Assembly (NCBI GenBank): GCA_963422375.2
Contig: OY729428.2
Span: 3,008,001-3,072,000 of the forward strand
Direction: 5' to 3'
From: Bryobacterales bacterium
Lineage (GTDB): Bacteria; Acidobacteriota; Terriglobia; Bryobacterales; UBA6623
DNA length: 64,000 bases
In this document: positions 56,876-64,000 of the stretch, piece by piece
How positions within the stretch are numbered: the stretch's first letter is position 1
Layout: the number at the start of each line of letters is the position of its first letter
The notes under the pieces: generated by a model
What the model was told of the DNA's origin: nothing
The model's input: the letters and a program-made list of their open reading frames with translations, nothing else
The model's database searches: none
Translations under genes and position numbers: made by a program

Positions 56876-58417
56876 CTATCCGAACCCAAGCAACCTCGTG
56901 GCGAGCCAGTAAACCGCCAAGGGCACGAGAGCCAGGCCCACAAGGTCCAAAGCAATGCCTGCGCGTACCATGCGCGGAATGGTCACCCAGCCGCTTGAGA
57001 AAATGATCGCGTTGGGCGGGGTCGCCACCGGCATGGTGAAGGCGAACGAAGCCGTCACCGCCATCGGAATCAGCAGCAGGTACGGATGGACGTCCACTTG
57101 CCCGGCCATGGCCGCGAGGGCCGGCGCAAGCATCAGTACGGTGGTGACGTTGGAGGTGGTCTCGGTCATAGCGGTCGTCAGCAAGCAGACTGCAACCACC
57201 AGAATCCAGCCCGGCGCTCCCTCCATCATGCTCAGGCTGGTGCCGATCCACGCGGCTAGCCCGCTATCCGTGATGGTCGCTGCGAGCGCGAACCCGCCGC
57301 CCAGCAGGAACACGATGCCCCATGGGATTCCTCGGGCCGCGCCCTTCCAGTCCAGAATCCTTCCGCTGCCTCCGTCGGAACTGCCCGAGGGCAAGACGAA
57401 AAGAAGGAGTGCCATCGCAATCGACACGGTGGAGTCATGCACGTACCCCGGCACGGGGAGAAGCTGCGACCAGCCGGGGAGGTAGAAAGCTCCGAGTTCC
57501 AAGGGTGCTCGGAAAACCCAGAGGACGCCCGTGGCGACGCCGACTGCGAGGACACGCCGTTCGGGGACCGAGACCGCGCCCAAGGCGGCCAGCTCCTTGC
57601 GAATTACGCCCTGGCTCTCCGTGAATCGAATGGATGCCAAGGGGATCGATGCCCCGAACCGGCACAGGTACAGCCAAGTCAGCGGCACGAACACCCCCAC
57701 GATCGGCAGGCAGATCATCGACCACTGGGCGAATCCGATCGGCGGCTCCTCGGGAAACGCATCTGCGGCGAATCCGAGGAAGGCCACGGTCGTCGGGGAG
57801 CCCACGATGGTGCCGATGCCGCCGATGCTCGCAGCGTATGCGATGCCCAGCAGGAGAACGCTGCCGAACGTGTCCCGGGCGAGCCGCGACTGGTCGGCGC
57901 CGGCCGGCGAGCCGATCACTTCGGCCGACTCGGCCAGCTGGCCAACCACCGCCATTGCGACCGGAAGCAGCATCAGCGTGGTGGCTGTGTTCGAGATCCA
58001 CATCGACAGCGCGGCAGTGGTCACCATGAAACCGAGCATGATCGGCCGGGGCCGGGACCCGAAACGGGCGATCGTGCCTAGCGCGATGCGCCGATGCAGG
58101 TTCCACGATTCCATCGCGTGCGCGATGACGAACCCGCCAATGAACAGGAAGATGAGGTGGTTGGCGTAGTGCGCGGACACCTCCCGGCTCGAGGTGACAC
58201 CGAGCAGCGGGAGCACGGCGACCGGCAACAGACCGGTCACGCCGATATGCACCGCCTCGGTGATCCACCAAACGATCATCCAGACGGCCACGGCCGCCGT
58301 CTTGTGGGCACCCGCGCTCATGCCGTCGGGAGCGGGCAGCAGCAAGACGGCCGCAAAAGCCAGGAGCCCAGCGACGAGGCCAATCAATCGGCGGCGGGAG
58401 CCGCTCGTGCCTAGCAT
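56876..58417 (-). CDS. SLC13/DASS-family sodium:sulfate or dicarboxylate symporter
   Basis: WWITEAV, FLFIGGF, SMWISNTAT, AYAASIGGIGTIVGSP, TETTSN and PVATPPNAI. Confidence 0.95.
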   Translation of the reverse strand: MLGTSGSRRRLIGLVAGLLAFAAVLLLPAPDGMSAGAHKTAAVAVWMIVWWITEAVHIGVTGLLPVAVLPLLGVTSSREVSAHYANHLIFLFIGGFVIAHAMESWNLHRRIALGTIARFGSRPRPIMLGFMVTTAALSMWISNTATTLMLLPVAMAVVGQLAESAEVIGSPAGADQSRLARDTFGSVLLLGIAYAASIGGIGTIVGSPTTVAFLGFAADAFPEEPPIGFAQWSMICLPIVGVFVPLTWLYLCRFGASIPLASIRFTESQGVIRKELAALGAVSVPERRVLAVGVATGVLWVFRAPLELGAFYLPGWSQLLPVPGYVHDSTVSIAMALLLFVLPSGSSDGGSGRILDWKGAARGIPWGIVFLLGGGFALAATITDSGLAAWIGTSLSMMEGAPGWILVVAVCLLTTAMTETTSNVTTVLMLAPALAAMAGQVDVHPYLLLIPMAVTASFAFTMPVATPPNAIIFSSGWVTIPRMVRAGIALDLVGLALVPLAVYWLATRLLGFG

Positions 58418-58487
58418 GAGGTGCGCGCCGGTCTTCCGAGCGCGTCCAAAGAGAGCGCCGGAAGCCGAGGGGAGGCTGAGCGGGACG

Positions 58488-58562
58488 TGGTAGCGCTACG
58501 GGGATTCGAACCCCGATTTGAGCCTTGAGAGGGCCCTGTCCTAACCCTTAGACGATAGCGCC
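58488..58562 (-). tRNA. tRNA-Glu (CTC)
   Basis: Reverse complement GGCGCTATCGTCTAAGGGTTAGGACA-GGGCC-CTCTCAA-GGCTC-AAATCGGGGTTCGAATCCCCGTAGCGCTACCA. Confidence 0.96.
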
Positions 58563-58745
58563 CCAGACATCTTAATGATAGCACGCTCAGATCTTGGGTC
58601 AGCGAATTCCATTCGAACCGAAGGCTCGGCCTCGAGACCACGGACAGCCGGCCTCCGACGTACTCGGCCCATGGTTCCGACGGGTTTGGCAGGAGCTGAG
58701 TCGGGGACATCGGCGGCCATCCTCCAATGCCGGCCGAAAGTCGTA

Positions 58746-59778
58746 CCTGATTACCCACAAGACCCAGCCAAGGCTAGGAGGCGGTAAGGCATGGGCGGGG
58801 TGCGCACGGAGGCGTGGAGCAGGCGGGGGACCAGCGCCTCGAGATCGTAGCGGCGGTTGAAGCGGTAGCGGAACTCGGCGAGGTACCGCGGCAGGTGCTT
58901 GCCGTCGAACGAATGGCAGGTTCCCGCCAGGGACCGCTTGACGTTCCCCAGCATCGTGCTGACCCGGACGAAGCGGGAATCCGCGCAGCTCCGCTGCCCG
59001 CCTCCGGTGACGGTCGGCACGTGCTCGCAGCCGGCGTCGGCCACGCCCCGGAAGCAGGCCGGGCCGTCGGAATGCACCTCCGTGCCGGGCTGCAAGTGCC
59101 GCCCGGCCCACGCTGCCAGCGTCTTCTTGCGGAAGCCCGCCACGCCGCTCAGGCGCATCCTGTCCGGCTTGCCGTCGGCGCTGACCTGCACGGCGGCCAC
59201 GAACGGCGTCTTGCCCGCCGCGCCGCGACCGCGCTTGCCGCCGGTCCGCTCCCCGCCCCGGTAGGCGTCGTCCACTTGCACGATGCCGCCCGGCGGCGCG
59301 CGCTCGTCGCGCTCCTTCATCACTTGCAGGAGCTTGTGCTTCACCTTCCAAGCCGTGTTCCGGCTCACGCCCGGCTGCCGCGCCAGTTCCAGCGACGAAA
59401 CGCCGTGCTTGCCCTGCGTCAGCAGGTGGAGCGCCAGCAACCGGACGGTCAGCGGCAGCTGGGTGGCGGCGAAGATCGTGCCGGCGACGAGGGAGCTCCG
59501 GCGGTGGCAGGCATGGCACTGCCAGAGCTTGCGGGAGCGGCTGCGGCAGTGCCGGCGGGAGCCGCACTCCGGGCAGCGGAAGCCGTCCGGCCAGCGGGCG
59601 TTGCAGACGGCCTGCTCGCATGGCCCCTCGCTGCCGTAGCGCTGCAGGAACTTGCCCGGGCTGAGTCCCTTCTGGCATTGCACGCGATTGCGTTTCAGCT
59701 GCTAGCCCCTTTCCTATCAGAGATTTCCGACCTCCTTCAGTATAGCATATCCTCGGCTGACGTTCGTTGGTAATCAGG
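58746..59778 (-). mobile_element. IS1595-family insertion sequence, type B copy 3 (1033 bp), no target duplication
   Basis: Same IRs as copies 1 and 2; flanks AAGTCGTA (58738-58745) and ATTGATTT (59779-59786) do not match. Confidence 0.96.
58751..59698 (-). CDS. IS1595-family transposase, open frame but start codon CTG (or GTG at 59683)
   Basis: Continuous 310-aa ORF with Zn ribbon, VQVDDAY, HSDG and YLAEFRYRFNRR. The ATG of copy 2 reads CTG here, so it may not be functional. Confidence 0.85.
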   Translation of the reverse strand: MKRNRVQCQKGLSPGKFLQRYGSEGPCEQAVCNARWPDGFRCPECGSRRHCRSRSRKLWQCHACHRRSSLVAGTIFAATQLPLTVRLLALHLLTQGKHGVSSLELARQPGVSRNTAWKVKHKLLQVMKERDERAPPGGIVQVDDAYRGGERTGGKRGRGAAGKTPFVAAVQVSADGKPDRMRLSGVAGFRKKTLAAWAGRHLQPGTEVHSDGPACFRGVADAGCEHVPTVTGGGQRSCADSRFVRVSTMLGNVKRSLAGTCHSFDGKHLPRYLAEFRYRFNRRYDLEALVPRLLHASVRTPPMPYRLLALAGSCG

Positions 59779-60197
59779 ATTGATTTTGTAGTCCAATATA
59801 TCTCTGGACTTGTCACAACAAACCGGCATTTCAGTAGGGCGATTCGAACACCTCTTGCCGGCATTTGTTGAGTTGAGGCGATTTGCCTAATTCCAGTGAA
59901 CCCTCTGCATCGCAGCAGTCACACACTCGATGCTATGCTGAGGTCTCGTCACACCCGGCTTCGCCGCAGCAGGAGTCAGCGAAACGACGGGACGATCATG
60001 AATCCCTCCCGGCGAGTGGGACCGTGGCAGATCGCTTGGCCGACGGCTACTCGTTCAGGTTAGAGTCCATAGGGAGAGAGGCAGCAGCATTCGATCCGCT
60101 CTGCCGGCGGGCGTGCCGGGATCGGCCGGTTCAGCCGAAACGGCCGCGCCCGAGTTACCGGGATAATGGGAGAGGATCCGGTCACGGTCGGCTAGGC

Positions 60198-62540
60198 GTG
60201 CAGACCATTCATCGATATGTCTTCCGCGAGTTGGCCGTCGCGTCGCTGGTCGGAACGCTTCTATTCACGCTGGTCCTATTCCTGCAGCGTGTCGGACCGG
60301 TCATGGAGCTTCTCGTCGGGCGAGGGGCGCCGGCCATGGAGATGCTGCGGCTGCTTCTCCTCTCGGTGCCGCAAGTGCTTCCGTTCACTGTCCCGATGGG
60401 GTCGCTGGCAGGCACCCTGGCCGGGCTGGGCAGGCTTTCGAGCGACAACGAAGTTCTAGCGACGGTCGCTTCGGGAATCCCGGCGCGGTCGCTTCTGCGC
60501 CCGGCGGCGCTGGTCGCGGCTCTAGGCTTCGCCGCCTGCGCCACCGCCACGCTCTGGCTGAGTCCTTGGTCGTTGCGACAGCAGGTCCGCATCGCCGAGT
60601 CCCTGCGGATCCAGCTGGCAGGCTCCGACGTCTTGCCTCGGGTGTTCGTAGAGGACTTCCCGGACCACGTGCTCTGGGTACAGGACGTGCCGCCCAGCAC
60701 GGGGCTGCACTGGAAGGGCATCTTCATGGCCGACATGCGACCTCCGGTCGCGAGAGGCTCGATCAGCGGTTTCAACGCGGCGGTCGACGGCCCGCGCATC
60801 ACCCTGGCATCCGAAGCGTTCGTCCTCCCGCGACCCGAGCAGAACCGCATCCAAGTCCGGTTTCCCCTCACCACGACCTACGAACAGTCGAGCGATCCCG
60901 CGCAGTACCTTGCGTTCCGCTCCCAAAGCGCCGACCAAGTGCTCCAAGCGAGACCGCGACGGTTCGATCCGCGTGCGAAGGGCTACGACACGATGGAAAC
61001 GGCAGCCTTGGCACGGGAGGCGACATCCGACGGGAAGCCCGAGGCGGCCGTCGTGATGCACGACCGGCTCGCCCTGCCCTTCGCCTGCTGGGTGCTGCCG
61101 CTGGCGGGATTCCCTCTCGCAATCTCGACGCGCCGATCCGGCCGCTCGGCGGGCGTGCTCATCGCGATGGCCCTCTGCTTCGGGTACTGGATGGTCACGC
61201 TGGCCGGAACGGCCCTCGCTAAACAGTCGCTCGCGCCGCCGGGGACGACCAGCTGGCTCGCCAACGGCGCGTTCGCCGTCGTCGGATTCCTGCTCATGCG
61301 CCGGGTCGACTGTCCCGCGAGCGGCGACTGGCAGGCGGCGATGAGCGCTCGGCTCTCCCGGACCTTCCAGCCGCTAGCGCGACTCTCGAATCTGCGCCGC
61401 AACCAAGGCAGGGAGGCGAGCACCGAGCTGATGCTCCGCCCGATCGAAGTCCTCGTGCCTGTCGTGGACAGGTACGTGCTCCGCACGTACCTGTTCTACC
61501 TGCTGGTATTCATTTTCGTATTCGTTGCGATCTGGCACGTATTCAGCTTCTTCGAGCTGCTCAATGACATCCTGACCCGCGACAAGGCGGGCAGCTTCGT
61601 GGCCTACCTCTACTTCCTGACGCCTTTTCTTGTCTACAACACCGCCCCGCTGGCTGTTCTGGTAGCCACACTCGTGTGCTTCGGGCTGCTCGCGAGGCAG
61701 CACGAGCTCACCGCCTTTCGCGCCTGCGGCGTGAGCCTGTACCGCCTCTCCGTCCCCATCCTAGTTGTCGCGGCCGCGCTAGGGGGCGCGCTCTTCGCCA
61801 TGGAAGAGTCCTTCCTGCCCGAAGCCAACCGACGCCAAGACGCCTTGCGGGACGACATCAAGGGACGTCCCCCACGAACCTACCTGCGACCCGACCGCCA
61901 ATGGACCTTCGGCCTGCAAGACCGGATCTTTTACCATCGCGCGTTCGACTCCGGCAGCCGGACGTTCTCCGGGATCAGCGTCTACGACCTGCGGACCGAC
62001 CCGTTCGAGCTGAGCCGACAGATCCAAGCGGAACGAGCTCGATGGGACACCGACAGGGGCATCTGGGTGTTCGAGAACGGCTGGGTCCGAGCCTTCGACG
62101 GGATCAAGACGACGGGATTCGAGACGTTCGAGTCGCGCGCCTTCCCGAACATCACGGAGTCACCGGACTATTTCCTGAAGCGCGACCGTCACGATCAGCA
62201 GATGGATCTGGGCCAGCTCCGGGCCTACATTCTCGACCTCACGCAGAGCGGATTCGACACAGTCCGGCTTCAGGTGCGCCTCCACAAGAAGATCGCATTC
62301 CCCTTCTTCGCCTTCTCGATGGCCCTGGTCGCGATTCCATTCGCAATGCGGACGGGCGGCCGCAGCAGCATGTGGCCGGTCTGCTTCGGGCTGGGACTGA
62401 CGGTCGCCTACTACGCGACGAACGCGCTCGCCGAGCAGCTGGGACGCTCCGGACAGCTGCAGCCGCCGGTAGCGGCCTGGGCGCCGTGCATCCTGTTCGC
62501 GATCGGCGGGACCTACCTCATGCTGCGCGTGAGGACCTGA
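60198..62540 (+). CDS. lptF: Fused LptF-LptG LPS export permease
   Basis: Two tandem YjgP/YjgQ-type halves (IHRYVFRE...LSSDNEV; VDRYVLR...QHELTAFRACGVSLYR...AAWAP). GTG start at 60198 chosen. Confidence 0.92.
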   Translation: MQTIHRYVFRELAVASLVGTLLFTLVLFLQRVGPVMELLVGRGAPAMEMLRLLLLSVPQVLPFTVPMGSLAGTLAGLGRLSSDNEVLATVASGIPARSLLRPAALVAALGFAACATATLWLSPWSLRQQVRIAESLRIQLAGSDVLPRVFVEDFPDHVLWVQDVPPSTGLHWKGIFMADMRPPVARGSISGFNAAVDGPRITLASEAFVLPRPEQNRIQVRFPLTTTYEQSSDPAQYLAFRSQSADQVLQARPRRFDPRAKGYDTMETAALAREATSDGKPEAAVVMHDRLALPFACWVLPLAGFPLAISTRRSGRSAGVLIAMALCFGYWMVTLAGTALAKQSLAPPGTTSWLANGAFAVVGFLLMRRVDCPASGDWQAAMSARLSRTFQPLARLSNLRRNQGREASTELMLRPIEVLVPVVDRYVLRTYLFYLLVFIFVFVAIWHVFSFFELLNDILTRDKAGSFVAYLYFLTPFLVYNTAPLAVLVATLVCFGLLARQHELTAFRACGVSLYRLSVPILVVAAALGGALFAMEESFLPEANRRQDALRDDIKGRPPRTYLRPDRQWTFGLQDRIFYHRAFDSGSRTFSGISVYDLRTDPFELSRQIQAERARWDTDRGIWVFENGWVRAFDGIKTTGFETFESRAFPNITESPDYFLKRDRHDQQMDLGQLRAYILDLTQSGFDTVRLQVRLHKKIAFPFFAFSMALVAIPFAMRTGGRSSMWPVCFGLGLTVAYYATNALAEQLGRSGQLQPPVAAWAPCILFAIGGTYLMLRVRT

Positions 62541-62560
62541 GATTCCGACCGGCGCAGCGG

Positions 62561-63715
62561 TCAGCCAGCAGGGACGAAGCGGACGCACATCGGGTTCGGC
62601 ACCGATACCGCCCCGCCGGTCGGCGCGATCCGCCCGCTGCGAGGATCGACGCTGAACACGCGCACCTCGTCTGAGCGCTGGTTGGCCACGAGCAGGAAGC
62701 GGCCGTCGGGCGCGAGACGGAAGTTCCGCGGCCAGTCCCCGTCCGTCGAAACGCGTTCGACCGTCTCGAGGCGTCCGTCCGAACCATCGATCACGAACAC
62801 CGCGATCGTGTTGCTGCCCCGATTCGAGCCGTACAGGAACCGACCGTTCGGGTGAACGAGCACCTCGGCCGTGGTGTTGGCCGGCCCCCCGTAGCCCTCC
62901 GGCAAGGTGCTGACACTCTCGACGGGCTCCAGCGCCCCGGTAGGCCCGTCGTATTGGAGCAGCGTGACATTGGAGGCCAGTTCGTTGATGACGTAGGCCC
63001 ACTGTCCGTTGGGGTGGAACGTCATGTGGCGGGGACCGGAACCGGGTTCCATCCTGACCTGCGGATCGGGCGTCCGCTCCAGTGCAGCCGTCCCGTCATC
63101 GATTGCGTATGCGATGAGCTCGTCGGTGCCCAAGTCCGGCACGATCACGAACCGGCCGTCCGGGGTGAAGTTGGCGGAGTGGGGGTGCGGCGCTTGCTGT
63201 CTCGTCGGATGCACGCTCGAGCCCGCGTGCGGGACGTCGGAAACGAGCGATCCCAAGCTGCCGTCGGGCCGGAGCGTCAGGGAAACCGTGTTGCCGTCGC
63301 CGTAGTTCACTGCCGCGAGCGCGGTCGCGGCCGGGTTGACCGCCACGTGCGATGCACCCCGGCCGGCGGTCGCAGCTCGGTTCAGCTCGTGCAGGTCGCC
63401 TGTCGCGCTGTCGAGGGCGAAGGCGGCCGCGACTCCCTGCGGGGCAGCCCCGGGCCGTGCCTCGCGCCCGACGGCGTACAGGATTCCGCCGTCCGGATGG
63501 ATCGCGAGAAAGCCCGGGCGCTGGATCGCCGCAGCCTCCCGCGGCGGGTCCAAGCGGCCGCTCCGCACGTCGAAGGCGGAGACGTAGACGTGGCTCGCGC
63601 CGGTGCCGAAGTAGACCCAGTGCTTCATCGGAGCGGCCTCCTGGGAGCAGCCGAGCAGCAGGCCGCCGCCCAGAACGGAAACCCCGGCCGCGTGCCGGGC
63701 GTCGATTCGCACCAC
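62561..63715 (-). CDS. pgl: Lactonase family protein (6-phosphogluconolactonase-like beta-propeller)
   Basis: RQQAPHPHS, VPDLGTD, GSGPRHMTFHP, YVINEL, LYGSNRG and WPRNF; lipobox-like LLGC. Confidence 0.88.
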   Translation of the reverse strand: MVRIDARHAAGVSVLGGGLLLGCSQEAAPMKHWVYFGTGASHVYVSAFDVRSGRLDPPREAAAIQRPGFLAIHPDGGILYAVGREARPGAAPQGVAAAFALDSATGDLHELNRAATAGRGASHVAVNPAATALAAVNYGDGNTVSLTLRPDGSLGSLVSDVPHAGSSVHPTRQQAPHPHSANFTPDGRFVIVPDLGTDELIAYAIDDGTAALERTPDPQVRMEPGSGPRHMTFHPNGQWAYVINELASNVTLLQYDGPTGALEPVESVSTLPEGYGGPANTTAEVLVHPNGRFLYGSNRGSNTIAVFVIDGSDGRLETVERVSTDGDWPRNFRLAPDGRFLLVANQRSDEVRVFSVDPRSGRIAPTGGAVSVPNPMCVRFVPAG

Positions 63716-63743
63716 AATACCCTCCTCTGCTCGGGACCAGCGG

Positions 63744-64000
63744 CTACTCCGGCAGCCCGAACGTGAAGACCGCGTGGCCAGCAGCTATCGTGACCAACTG
63801 CCTGCCGTTGACCGCGTAGGTAATCGGGGACGCGGCGATCTGCCCGCCTAGGTACCGATCCCAGAGCCGCTTGCCGCTGGCGGCGTCGAGCGCGTAGAAG
63901 TATCCCTCCCTGCTACCGGAGAACAGCACGTTGCTGGCAGTGGTCAGCAGGCCGGAGTCGCTCACGTCGGTCATCGAGAACTCCCATACCCGCTCTCCCG
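63744..64000 (-). CDS. PQQ-dependent dehydrogenase, C-terminal part (runs off the window)
   Basis: SGLLTTASNVLFSG..EGYFYALDAASGKRLW...LGG.IAASPITYAVNGRQLVTIAAG. Confidence 0.9.
   Translation of the reverse strand, partial: GERVWEFSMTDVSDSGLLTTASNVLFSGSREGYFYALDAASGKRLWDRYLGGQIAASPITYAVNGRQLVTIAAGHAVFTFGLPE

Noticed and set aside
59883..60197. N-terminal 105-aa extension of the LptF-LptG ORF
   Set aside because: Family similarity starts at VQTIHRYVFRE (GTG 60198); the extension looks like an open upstream frame.

Overview
High-GC bacterial chromosomal segment. The gene content points to Acidobacteriota, probably Bryobacterales (inference): three Oar-type TonB-dependent receptors, TPR plus CRTAC1/ASPIC-UnbV genes, a fused LptF-LptG and a split ATP synthase operon. 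Intact housekeeping blocks are atpHAGD-(SGNH)-atpC, sucA-sucB-lpdA, an Lhr helicase, lptFG, tRNA-Phe(GAA) and tRNA-Glu(CTC). They are interleaved with periplasmic and outer-membrane uptake and hydrolase genes. The window is visibly decaying. It holds four IS1595-family elements of two types, three with exact 8-bp target duplications and one without. A TPR gene is broken by two exact 8-bp tandem duplications plus an IS. A low-GC C5-methyltransferase/DUF4928-like restriction-modification-like pair is inactivated, a chondroitinase-like PL8 lyase carries one nonsense codon, and an AAA ATPase survives only as a stump. An internally deleted IS110/IS1111-type recombinase gene still has its 3' non-coding region, a candidate bridge/seek RNA. 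The best leads are the IS1111 relic RNA, the 8-bp scars, the methylase-DUF4928 module, a recurring micro-duplication and microhomology-deletion signature, and locally abundant CTAG. No CRISPR array or rRNA was seen. All family assignments come from motif recognition by eye; no database searches were run.
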